Source: Candidatus Bathyarchaeia archaeon
GTDB taxonomy: Archaea; Thermoproteota; Bathyarchaeia; Bathyarchaeales; Bathycorpusculaceae
Reading direction: 5' to 3'
Length of the DNA stretch: 28,096 nucleotides
NCBI GenBank assembly: GCA_049969855.1
Contig: JBMFOB010000017.1
Span: 1 to 28,096 of the forward strand
Made by a program: the position numbers and the translations under genes. Positions 8,215 to 16,854 of this stretch are shown here, one piece after another; position 1 is the stretch's first letter, and each line of letters opens with the position of its first letter. The notes under the pieces were generated by a model. It was given only the letters and a program-made list of their open reading frames with translations, made no database searches and was not told the origin of the DNA.

Positions 8215-10419
8215 ATGCCGAAATTTAAACAAACAAACGAAATCCTCAAACTAATGCGTAAAAAAGAAGCCATACGCAACATAGGCATAATCGCCCACAT
8301 AGACCATGGAAAAACAACAATGACAGATTCCCTACTGGCTGAAGCAGGATTACTATCGCCCAACATGGTGGGTTTCAGAGCCTTAGACTATCTTGAAGAA
8401 GAACAAAGACGTGGAATAACAATAAAAACAGCCAACATTTCACTACTCCATGAAGCACAAGGCAACTCATACGTAATCAATTTGGTTGACACGCCTGGTC
8501 ATGTGGACTTCACAGGCAAGGTTGCAAGGGCATTACGGGCAATAGACGGCGCTGTTGTTGTGGTGGACGCTGTAGAAGAGATTATGGCCCAAACAGAAAC
8601 TGTCACACGCCAAGCCCTCGAGGAAAGAGTCAAGCCAGTACTTTTCATAAATAAAGTAGACCGCCTAATCGAGGAGATTAAACTTTCAGAAAGCGAAGTT
8701 CAAGAAAAATTTGCACGCATAATTAGAGATTTTAACAATCTGATTGAAATTTATGCAGAACCCATGTTTAAAGAAAAATGGAAAGTCGACCCAGAAAAAG
8801 AAAGCGTAGCCATAGGCTCAGCCCTTCACAAATGGGGTCTCACAGTTCAAATTGCCAACAAGAAAGGAATAAAATTTGCTGACATAATAGCCGTTTATGA
8901 AAAAAACAAGCATAAAGAGTTATTACGTTTGATTCCCCTTCACAATGCTATATTAAACATGGTTGTTAGAAACATTCCAAATCCCGTTGAAGCTCAAAGG
9001 TATCGCATACCAAAAATTTGGAAAGGTCTCATAGATTCAGAGATAGGCAAGGCAATGTTGAACTGTGATGAAAATGGACCCGCAACAATTTGTATAACAA
9101 ATGTGCAACCCAACATGAAGGAAGGTCTAATTGCAACTGGAAGATTATTTTCTGGTTCAGTGAAGGAAGGCGACACTGTTTATTTAGTCAATGCAGAAAA
9201 AGAATGCACAATTAAACAAGTTTCCATGTATATGGGTGCTTTTAGGGAAAGGGTTAACCAGATTACTGCTGGCAACATAGCCGTCCTTTCCGGTCTTGAT
9301 TTTGCAAAGGCTGGTGAAACCATTGTTGACGCAAAATATAAGGGGGTTATGTTTCCTTTTGAAAGGACTAAATACCTTTCAGAACCAGTCATGACCGTTG
9401 TTGTTGAGCCTAAGAACCCAAAAGATTTGCCACGCCTAGTTGAAGACATGAACAGACTTTCCATAGAAGACCCAAACCTCATAACCATTATAGACAAGGA
9501 AACTGGACATTACTTGCTAAGCGGAATTGGCGAACTTCAATTAGAAATTGCCATGAAACTTCTTGCCGAATACTGCGGAGAAATAGAACTTTCAGCATCA
9601 AATCCAACAGTCACCTACAGAGAAAGCATATCAGAAAAGGGCAAAACCGTCACAACAAAAACGCCGAACAAACAGAACAGTTTTTGGGTTCAAGTGGAGC
9701 CATTAGAAAAGGAAGTTGTGGAGCTAATTGAGAAGGGCGAGCTCGCAGAGGAAATGGAACCAAAACAAACCAACGCCATATTAAAAGGTATGAAGACAAA
9801 GGGTTTCGAAACAGCGGAAAGAATTTTGGCCTTGAACAAGTATGGAAACATGCTTGTAAACTTAGCAGATAAAATCAGCGTAGAAAAGGTGAAGGAAAGC
9901 GTAATCTTAGGATTCCATTGGGCATGCAGTAGAGGACCCCTATGCGAAGAACCATTAAGAGGCGTAAAAGTCAATCTGGTAGATGCTCAAATCCACCAAG
10001 ACCCAAAACTTCATGAAGCAGCACAAGTCATGCGAGCCATAAGCCGCGCCATTTTGGGCTCAGTTCTAACAGCCAAACCCACGCTTCTCGAACCAATCTA
10101 TAAAATAGAAGTGTCCGTCCCAACCCCATGGTTCGGTACATGCTCAAACATTATAACCCGCAGACGCGGAAAAATTCAAGCAACAGAAAACAGAGGAATC
10201 CTAACAATAATTAAAGGCTACATCCCCGTTGCAGAGACTTTCGGCTTAACCGCAGAACTGCGATCAGCAACATCAGGACGAGCCTTTTGGCAATGCACAT
10301 TCTCCCACTGGGAAAAAACTCCAGAAAATGTTGCCATGGAAGTTATAAAGCAAATTCGTGCTAGAAGGGGCTTGCCGCCAAAAATTCCAAAACCAGAAAA
10401 ATTCATAAACGAAACCTAA
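8215..10419 (+). CDS. fusA: Elongation factor 2 family GTPase, probably the diverged paralogue aEF-2p
   Basis: G motifs AHIDHGKTT, RGITI, DTPGH, NKVD intact; 734 aa; domain IV loop reads HQDPKLHEAAQ rather than the canonical H-R-G loop; not in a ribosomal-protein operon. Confidence 0.9.
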   Translation: MPKFKQTNEILKLMRKKEAIRNIGIIAHIDHGKTTMTDSLLAEAGLLSPNMVGFRALDYLEEEQRRGITIKTANISLLHEAQGNSYVINLVDTPGHVDFTGKVARALRAIDGAVVVVDAVEEIMAQTETVTRQALEERVKPVLFINKVDRLIEEIKLSESEVQEKFARIIRDFNNLIEIYAEPMFKEKWKVDPEKESVAIGSALHKWGLTVQIANKKGIKFADIIAVYEKNKHKELLRLIPLHNAILNMVVRNIPNPVEAQRYRIPKIWKGLIDSEIGKAMLNCDENGPATICITNVQPNMKEGLIATGRLFSGSVKEGDTVYLVNAEKECTIKQVSMYMGAFRERVNQITAGNIAVLSGLDFAKAGETIVDAKYKGVMFPFERTKYLSEPVMTVVVEPKNPKDLPRLVEDMNRLSIEDPNLITIIDKETGHYLLSGIGELQLEIAMKLLAEYCGEIELSASNPTVTYRESISEKGKTVTTKTPNKQNSFWVQVEPLEKEVVELIEKGELAEEMEPKQTNAILKGMKTKGFETAERILALNKYGNMLVNLADKISVEKVKESVILGFHWACSRGPLCEEPLRGVKVNLVDAQIHQDPKLHEAAQVMRAISRAILGSVLTAKPTLLEPIYKIEVSVPTPWFGTCSNIITRRRGKIQATENRGILTIIKGYIPVAETFGLTAELRSATSGRAFWQCTFSHWEKTPENVAMEVIKQIRARRGLPPKIPKPEKFINET

Positions 10420-10434
10420 CGGCGTGAGGTTGGT

Positions 10435-11307
10435 ATGAAAATTCGGATAAGTTCTTCATGTCCATTCAATCTGGATTTGACTTTGTGCTGTGGACAAGCT
10501 TTCAGATGGAGCAAGCAGGGTGAATGGTGGTATGGCGTTGTTGAAGGAAAAGTTTTCAAAATACGTCAAATTGGCGAAGAGTTGGAATTTGAGAATGCAA
10601 ATGTGGATTTTGTTAAAAACTATTTTGGATTGGATGAGGATTTACCACGCATTCTTTTGGAAATAAGCAAAGACCAACACGTAAAGAGGGCAGTTAAAAT
10701 GTTTAATGGTTTAAGGATTATTCGCCAAAATCCTTGGGAATGCCTAATCTCTTACATCTGCGCCACATACAAAAACATTTCAGCAATAAAACAAATGCTG
10801 TTTAACATTTCAAAAAAATTCGGAGAAGAAATAAGCTTTAACGGACAAAAATTTTACGCATTCCCCAAACCAGAAAAGCTTGCAAAAGCCACAAACAAAG
10901 AATTAGCCAGTTGCGGATTAGGTTATAGGGCTAATTACGTGTCTGAAACAGCTAAGATAGCCTATGAAAGCCGTTTTGATTTTGAAGGTTTAAGGAGTAT
11001 GAGCTATGAAGAGGCAAGGAAAGAATTGTTGGGCTTTCCAGGCGTAGGCTTGAAAGTGGCGGATTGCGTTCTCCTCTTCTCTTTAGGAAAGTTTGAAGCC
11101 TTTCCAGTGGATGTGTGGATAAAGCGGGTCATTCTCAAATATTATGCAGAACATTTTTCAAGAGAGTTTGTGAAAAAGATTTCAGGCAAGAAATCGCTTA
11201 GTAATGCAGAATATGAAAAATTGAATTTTTTTGGAAGAAAATATTTTGGAGAGTATACGGGTTACGCTCAAGAATACCTCTATCACTACGAAAGAACAAG
11301 AGTTTAA
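10435..11307 (+). CDS. ogg: 8-oxoguanine DNA glycosylase/AP lyase (Ogg1 family, HhH-GPD)
   Basis: TLCCGQAFRW, WECLISYI, GLGYRA, FPGVGLKVADC, FPVDVW, GYAQEYLY. Confidence 0.93.
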   Translation: MKIRISSSCPFNLDLTLCCGQAFRWSKQGEWWYGVVEGKVFKIRQIGEELEFENANVDFVKNYFGLDEDLPRILLEISKDQHVKRAVKMFNGLRIIRQNPWECLISYICATYKNISAIKQMLFNISKKFGEEISFNGQKFYAFPKPEKLAKATNKELASCGLGYRANYVSETAKIAYESRFDFEGLRSMSYEEARKELLGFPGVGLKVADCVLLFSLGKFEAFPVDVWIKRVILKYYAEHFSREFVKKISGKKSLSNAEYEKLNFFGRKYFGEYTGYAQEYLYHYERTRV

Positions 11308-11663
11308 ATGAGATTTTTCTCCTTTAAGGTTTCAGCCGCTTTATTCCCATTAGTTGTTGTGATTGATATGGCTTCAGAAACAAGCGCCATGACATTGGCG
11401 TAATTATGCTGTTTAATCTGGTTAATGATTTCCATAAGCTTGGCATTAACATTTTGGAAGCCCTCCACTCCAGAAGCGTTTGCGGCGATATTGATTTCTT
11501 GAATTAAAGCATTTAGGTACGCCACTAGAAGTTTCTCTGCTCCCGCTATTTCCTCATTTTTCATATCGTTTAGAATTTCCAAAAGGTTGGCGGTTATGAT
11601 TAAATTTGACTTTATCTTTTCCGCATAATGAAAAGCAATTATGGCTTTTTTAGTTTCTGACAA
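11304..11663 (-). CDS. Hypothetical all-helical protein (119 aa)
   Basis: TTG start, natural composition, stop overlaps the ogg stop in TTAA. Confidence 0.8.
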   Translation of the reverse strand: MSETKKAIIAFHYAEKIKSNLIITANLLEILNDMKNEEIAGAEKLLVAYLNALIQEINIAANASGVEGFQNVNAKLMEIINQIKQHNYANVMALVSEAISITTTNGNKAAETLKEKNLI

Positions 11664-11708
11664 GGGTGTTTTCTCTCAAACAAAGATTGGTCTATAAAGG
11701 GATAAGCT

Positions 11709-11990
11709 TTATGTCGCCAAAGCCCTCTTTTTCCATTTTTCAATTCTCTTTGCAACTTCTTCCTCAAGCTTTTCCTTGGAGATAAGCCTACCCCTAACGA
11801 TAACCTCATCATCTAAAACAATGCTTGGAGTGCCAACAATTTCAAGAGCTAAACCCTCCTTAAAACCCTCCTCAGTAGCCATATTCACTTCCCTAAAAGA
11901 AATGCCAAACTTCTCCGCAACCTCTTTCGCTATAATTTTAGCAGCTGGACAAACACCACAAGTTGGCAAAGTGAAAACCTTCAACTCCAT
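11709..11990 (-). CDS. Thioredoxin/glutaredoxin-like protein
   Basis: VFTLPTCGVCP (CxxC) and GTP cis-Pro loop; ATG 11990 has GAGGAG upstream. Confidence 0.88.
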   Translation of the reverse strand: MELKVFTLPTCGVCPAAKIIAKEVAEKFGISFREVNMATEEGFKEGLALEIVGTPSIVLDDEVIVRGRLISKEKLEEEVAKRIEKWKKRALAT

Positions 11991-12107
11991 AACGCTCCTC
12001 TCTCCAAAACACAATTTTATAAGAGAACAGCTTTTAAAATCTTCCATAACTTTCGCTCAAACGCAGAAAACGTTTAAATTAAATTAAAAACAGCATAATT
12101 AAAGAGA

Positions 12108-12182
12108 GGGCCCGTAGCTCAGCTAGGTTAGAGCGACAGGCTCATAACCTGTTGGTCGGGCGTTCAAATCGCCCCGGGCCCA
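12108..12182 (+). tRNA. tRNA with CAT anticodon, probably tRNA-Ile2 (agmatidine-modified) rather than Met
   Basis: Acceptor GGGCCCG/CGGGCCC-A, anticodon arm ACAGG-CTCATAA-CCTGT, T-loop GTTCAAATC. A GGGCCC start is typical of archaeal Ile tRNAs; initiator Met has A1-U72. Confidence 0.93.
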
Positions 12183-12186
12183 TCGC

Positions 12187-12675
12187 TTATGGTTCTTTTA
12201 GTTTTACGACAAGACTGGCGACTCTTTTCCCAAGGGTTTTACATTGCTCTAAATCTTTTTGACTGGGAGAGCCAACGGCTGCTGCTCCATAGTGCTTTTC
12301 GTTTGCTCTTCCTTGAACAATCATTCCGTGGACTAGCATGGCTTGAATTATGGAAAGTATTGTGGTTTCTGCGCCTGTGGCTGTTCCGCCGGAGCTAGTA
12401 AATGCCGCGCCAACTTTTCCTTCAAGTTTTCCATGGATTTTAACAGATTCATCAATGAGGACTTTAAGTTTGGCAGACATTTGCCCATAATATGTGGGTG
12501 AACCCATTATTATTCCATCAGCGTTTAATAAGTCGTCAAGGCTTGTCTGCTCAACTTTTTTAACAACAACTTCAACATTGCCTATTTGCTTTGCACCTTC
12601 AGCAACAGCAAACGCCATTTTCTCAGTGTTTCCAGTTTTAGAATCATAAACAACAAGAACCTTCACCATTACCAT
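12187..12675 (-). CDS. Flavodoxin / WrbA-like NAD(P)H:quinone oxidoreductase
   Basis: YDSKTGNTEKMA, GSPTYYG, GKVGAAFTSSG, HYG motifs. Start uncertain (12669, 12675 or 12681). Confidence 0.9.
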   Translation of the reverse strand: MVMVKVLVVYDSKTGNTEKMAFAVAEGAKQIGNVEVVVKKVEQTSLDDLLNADGIIMGSPTYYGQMSAKLKVLIDESVKIHGKLEGKVGAAFTSSGGTATGAETTILSIIQAMLVHGMIVQGRANEKHYGAAAVGSPSQKDLEQCKTLGKRVASLVVKLKEP

Positions 12676-12790
12676 TCCCACTCAAAAATAAAGGCTGTAA
12701 ATTTAGGTATTTTAGTTTTATCAGATGACTAAGCGGAATAGAAGATTTTTCCACAAGCTATAAGTGTTTAAAATTATATTAGGAATTTCG

Positions 12791-12866
12791 TGAGGAGAAT
12801 GGCAGAACTCTTATTAGGGGAGAAAGGAGAGAAGGGAGAAAAATTGTTATTCTACCATTCTCCTCA
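12791..12866. ncRNA. Candidate structured RNA: 17-bp hairpin enclosing GA-only motif copy 2
   Basis: TGAGGAGAATGGCAGAA (12791-12807) pairs with TTCTACCATTCTCCTCA (12850-12866) at 16/17; the mismatch is a G-U pair on the minus strand. Located in a gene-free spacer. Confidence 0.5.
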
Positions 12867-13038
12867 TACATCATTCTTCATTATGCATGCACATGTTGCT
12901 TTTAAATTTTTCTTTGAATTTCGGATTTAACCTTCAAAACAAGCTCACTTTAAAGGTTTCAGCTTACAACCCATGCCTATTTTTAGCGGTTTTGTAGGCT
13001 TGATAAACGCTCTTTCAATGACAAAAACAAACTGTTTA

Positions 13039-13116
13039 TGGTGCGGTCGCCGGGATTTGAACCCGGGATCGCAAGCTTGGAAGGCTTGTGTCCTAACCAG
13101 GCTAGACGACGACCGC
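13039..13116 (-). tRNA. tRNA-Gly(TCC)
   Basis: Acceptor GCGGTCG/CGACCGC-A-CCA, anticodon arm CAAGC-CTTCCAA-GCTTG, T-loop GTTCAAATC. CCA encoded; no intron. Confidence 0.96.
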
Positions 13117-13167
13117 TATGCTTTCAGTATTGCATATTTATGATGGATATAGATAAAATTTCTTTTA

Positions 13168-13836
13168 TTATTGTGGTTTCTTTTCTGGCTTAAACAGCTT
13201 TTTTTCATATTTCGGTTTTGGTTTGAAACTGCCTGGATACTTGGGCATGGTGGTTCTTTGTCTTTCTATGTTTTTGAGTCTGGCGTAGAGTTTTGAAACT
13301 TTTGTTTTTGATGGTTTTTTGCTTTTTGGAATGCGAGCAGGAACAGGTGTGAAGGGTTTTTTGATTTCGTTGCTTCTAGCTCTTTTCTTAAAACGCTTTG
13401 CTTGTGTTTCTTTTACTTTTTGGAAGACCACGTAGCCTTCTTTTAGATTTGTTTCTTGCACTTTCCATCCGGCATCAATCCACGCCTTGGCATGGGCATT
13501 GGTTGGGGCGTTGTTCCACCATTTTTCGTTTCTGTACGCATTTATGGGTAGGTTATCCTTTATTATTCCATCTATTTTAGCGAGGGAAAGTTTAACCGTG
13601 TCCGTGAAGGCTGCCCTAAATTTCAAGTGGTTAGTAAGGGCTCCATATTTTGTGTTGGATTTTGGCGAAACTGTTTTCCTTGCACAGTGGAGGCACAACA
13701 GTCTATTTGGGTCGCCTGTGGAAACGTCTGGAACCATGCAGTCTCTGCAGAAAAGTCTTCCGCACCTCTGACAGCGCCTAAGATAGCTATATGGAAGAAC
13801 TCTGCCACATATTCCGCATTCATCTTTTAATGGCAT
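13168..13836 (-). CDS. Hypothetical protein: four CxxC zinc-finger motifs, Trp-rich DUF7662-like domain, Lys/Pro-rich tail
   Basis: CGIC, CQRC, CRDC, CLHC; KYGALTNHL...LP..AY...WWNN...HAKAWIDAGW. Confidence 0.85.
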   Translation of the reverse strand: MPLKDECGICGRVLPYSYLRRCQRCGRLFCRDCMVPDVSTGDPNRLLCLHCARKTVSPKSNTKYGALTNHLKFRAAFTDTVKLSLAKIDGIIKDNLPINAYRNEKWWNNAPTNAHAKAWIDAGWKVQETNLKEGYVVFQKVKETQAKRFKKRARSNEIKKPFTPVPARIPKSKKPSKTKVSKLYARLKNIERQRTTMPKYPGSFKPKPKYEKKLFKPEKKPQ

Positions 13837-13984
13837 CTAGACCACATGTAAGCGCAAGGCATCGTTTGATAAGTATTAAAGCATTTGTTATAAACTTCAC
13901 TGATGCGTTGACGTTTTTGAAAGGTTATTCGGAAATCGCAATAAAGTTTATAGACAACTCTATCGCTGCTCAAATGTGATTTTA

Positions 13985-14383
13985 ATGTTTTTTAGCGAAT
14001 ACTTGCACGAAAAGGCAGAGGAGTCAAGACATAATGAAACCGTTGGATACTTAATAATCATAATAGGCTCCGTTTTCTTTGTAGGCGGACTGCTTGAAAC
14101 AGTGATAAAAGTTGAAAATCCAGAGTGGCTCCTAATAATTCCCTACCATTTAACGCCGCACCCCTACAGTCTTTTAGGCTTGACTTTAACGTCGGTTGGT
14201 TTGGTTTTACTGTTGGCAGGAATAGTTGTGAGCATTCATTATGCGAGGGAGAGAGGATGGTACATGAGGGAAATACTGAAAGCCCATTCGGTGGAAGAGA
14301 AGAGGCTGAAAATCGAGAAGAAGTTTAGTTCTAAGCAGAGCGGTCAAGAACAAGTGTTGAAAACAAAGAAAAGGAAAACTTAA
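13985..14383 (+). CDS. Hypothetical membrane protein (2 TM)
   Basis: Two hydrophobic stretches and a basic C-terminus; ATG at 13985 (GTG alternative at 13976). Confidence 0.8.
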   Translation: MFFSEYLHEKAEESRHNETVGYLIIIIGSVFFVGGLLETVIKVENPEWLLIIPYHLTPHPYSLLGLTLTSVGLVLLLAGIVVSIHYARERGWYMREILKAHSVEEKRLKIEKKFSSKQSGQEQVLKTKKRKT

Positions 14384-14386
14384 CAC

Positions 14387-15865
14387 TCAGCCCTTTACAA
14401 CCGCTAATGGAACAAATCTGGCAACTTTTGTGGCTATCCCAACCTTGTCGCTTACATCTGCAACTATGTCAACGTTTTTGTAGGCTGGATCTGCCTCTTC
14501 TGCCAAAACAACAGAGCTTTCAGATCTAACAAAGATTCCCCTCTGCTCCAAAGCCTTTTTCACATCTCCACCCCAGAACCTCCTTTTGGCAGCATTTCTG
14601 CTCAGCATTCTTCCAGCTCCGTGGGCTGTGGAGCCGAAGCTTATTTGCATGGCTTTTTCTGTGCCTACAAGAAGCCAAGAGCTTGTTCCCATGCTTCCTG
14701 GAATGAGCACTGGTTGACCGACTGAAGTGTAATCGGCTGGGATTTCTGGATGCCCTGGCGGAAAAGCTCTTGTTGCACCTTTCCTATGAACCCAAACCTT
14801 CTTTCTTTCTCCGTTAATCTTGTGGTCTTCTATTTTTGCAATGTTATGCGCTACATCGTAAACAAGTTTTAACCCGAACCTTTCTGGGTCTTCTTTAAAA
14901 ACTTGTTGAAAGCTTTGTCTAACCCAATGCATTATGGCTTGGCGATTTGCAAAGGCATAGTTAACAGCGCAAGCCATTGCCTGATAATAGTCTTCCGCTT
15001 CGTTGCTATTTCCTGGAGCGCATGCGAGTTCACGGTCTGGCAGCATTATATTGTATTTGTGCACGGCTCTTTCCATAACTCTTAGATAGTCTGAGCATAT
15101 TTGGTGGCCGAAGCCTCTGGAGCCGCAGTGAATCATAACTGTTACTTGTCCTTCATTTTCAATTCCAAAAGTCTTGGCTGTTTTTGCGTCGTAGATCTTG
15201 TCCACTTTTTGTATTTCTAAGAAGTGGTTTCCGGAGCCTAATGTGCCAATTTGGGTTACTCCTCTGTTCTTTGCTGTTGTTGAAACTTTGTCTGGATTTG
15301 CGTTTTTCATGCATCCCCGTTCTTCACAGTGTTCAGCGTCTTCAGACCAGCCCAGTCCTTGATCGATGACCCATTGAACTCCTTCTGTTACAAGTCTTTC
15401 CAAGTCGTGGGCTGTTGCTTTGAAGTCTTTTCTTCTGCTTCCAAGTCCGCATGGAACATTGTCAAATATTGCGTTTGTTAGTTGTGCAATTTTTGGGCGT
15501 ATGTCTTGTTCTGAAAGGTTCGTTGTCAGTAGGCGAACTCCACAGTTTATGTCGTAGCCCACTCCTCCTGGGCTGATTACGCCTTCTTCATAGTCTGTTG
15601 CAGCTACTCCACCTATTGGGAAGCCGTAGCCTTCATGTCCGTCTGGAAGCGTTATGGAGTATTTGTAAATGCCTGGTAGATGCGCAACGTTTGCACATTG
15701 CCAGAGTGTCCTGTCAGTCTGCATTTTCTCCAGCAAATCGCCGTTAGCAAAGACAACTCCTGGGACTCGCATGCCTGGTTTGTATTTTGGTATTCGCCAT
15801 GTGTAATTGTCTATTTTTTCCAGAGGAACTTTTTCTGGAGCGGGGCGGCTTTCTTCTTCTCCCAT
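14387..15865 (-). CDS. rtcB: RNA-splicing/repair ligase RtcB
   Basis: PDGHEGYGFPIG, GYDINCG, GSGNHF, HCGSRG, HRKGATRA, PGSMG, HGAGR; no intein. Confidence 0.97.
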   Translation of the reverse strand: MGEEESRPAPEKVPLEKIDNYTWRIPKYKPGMRVPGVVFANGDLLEKMQTDRTLWQCANVAHLPGIYKYSITLPDGHEGYGFPIGGVAATDYEEGVISPGGVGYDINCGVRLLTTNLSEQDIRPKIAQLTNAIFDNVPCGLGSRRKDFKATAHDLERLVTEGVQWVIDQGLGWSEDAEHCEERGCMKNANPDKVSTTAKNRGVTQIGTLGSGNHFLEIQKVDKIYDAKTAKTFGIENEGQVTVMIHCGSRGFGHQICSDYLRVMERAVHKYNIMLPDRELACAPGNSNEAEDYYQAMACAVNYAFANRQAIMHWVRQSFQQVFKEDPERFGLKLVYDVAHNIAKIEDHKINGERKKVWVHRKGATRAFPPGHPEIPADYTSVGQPVLIPGSMGTSSWLLVGTEKAMQISFGSTAHGAGRMLSRNAAKRRFWGGDVKKALEQRGIFVRSESSVVLAEEADPAYKNVDIVADVSDKVGIATKVARFVPLAVVKG

Positions 15866-15933
15866 TCATTTTCACCGTTTATACGAGTATGGTGGCTGGA
15901 ATATAAACGATTTTGGCGTTTACACCAAAACAA

Positions 15934-16854
15934 TTAGGGCGGTTTCCAGCCGAATTTTTGTATGAAATCAATGAAACCCTGCAAACTTTCATTAAAAACG
16001 GTTTCGCTTAAAACTGGATGAATCTTAATATGTTTTAAAGCCTTTTGAACAGCTTTGTCGCTTTCAATTATTCTTTCACTTATAATTTTCAAACTTTCCT
16101 TATTTTCTAAGCTTTGCTTTACAACATTTGCCCAAAGATTTAGCTGCCGCGAATAGGTTTGAAGTTTTTCCGAAGGGTTACTTGCTTTGCCGAAGTGAGT
16201 GTAGTATATGGCTTTGGGTTTTAGTTTCATCAACTTATCTAATGAAGCCAATGCGATATCTAAACGAAATGGAGGAGGCGTTGTAGGCACAATTGCATCA
16301 ATTTCGCTTAGATAAATGCCCGCAGCGTCTCCTGGAAAAAGGCTCTCACTTGGCGATTCATAATAGCTTTGATGGTGGGAAGCGTGCCCCAAAGTCTCCA
16401 CAACTCGTAATTTAACATTTTCTCCAATATCAAAGGTCATCCCGTCAGCTGCGGCAATAATCCTTTCTTCAGGAACAGGTTCTGGCGCACCATATATTTC
16501 GGCTATGCCCTTAAGAACGTCTCTAGATTGCTGCCACAATTTCTCGGGATTTGCCAAGTGAGGCGCTCCTCTTGGGTGAACGATGACTTTGGCTTTTGGC
16601 AGATACTTTAACAGGGTTCCAGCGCCTCCTCCGTGGTCAAGGTGAATGTGAGAAACTGCCACGTAGGCTACGTTTTCAGGCTTCACGTTTAATTCCTTTA
16701 AGCCTGAAAGCAGATTTGGCACTGAAGAGGTTGGACCTGTTTCAATTATTGCCACTTGCTTTCCCTTCAGCACGTAACTGGCGATAAAATTCTTGATTCC
16801 GCCAGCTTGAACGTCAATAAGACTTAGGTTTTTTGCAATTTTTGTTGTGGACAT
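15934..16854 (-). CDS. MBL-fold metallo-hydrolase
   Basis: SHIHLDHGGG, GHASHH, GD, THFG. Start 16854 preferred; ORF open to 16947. Confidence 0.92.
   Translation of the reverse strand: MSTTKIAKNLSLIDVQAGGIKNFIASYVLKGKQVAIIETGPTSSVPNLLSGLKELNVKPENVAYVAVSHIHLDHGGGAGTLLKYLPKAKVIVHPRGAPHLANPEKLWQQSRDVLKGIAEIYGAPEPVPEERIIAAADGMTFDIGENVKLRVVETLGHASHHQSYYESPSESLFPGDAAGIYLSEIDAIVPTTPPPFRLDIALASLDKLMKLKPKAIYYTHFGKASNPSEKLQTYSRQLNLWANVVKQSLENKESLKIISERIIESDKAVQKALKHIKIHPVLSETVFNESLQGFIDFIQKFGWKPP

Noticed and set aside
4598-12840. GA repeats as CRISPR repeats, att sites or transposon ends bounding an 8-kb element
   Set aside because: Only two copies, no spacers, no integrase or transposase, and the enclosed genes include housekeeping genes and a tRNA.
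12721-12880. C/D-box sRNA on the minus strand (ATGATG near 12869-12874, CTGA at 12721-12724)
   Set aside because: Imperfect C box and about 150-nt spacing, far longer than typical archaeal C/D guides.
12961-13000. Weak inverted repeat AGCTTACAA / TTGTAGGCT downstream of tRNA-Gly
   Set aside because: 9 bp with a wobble and a long loop; compatible with chance.
188-13116. tRNA introns, split tRNAs or duplicated tRNA 3' ends marking an integrated element
   Set aside because: All three tRNAs are contiguous at 75-78 nt, and I saw no partial tRNA duplicates.
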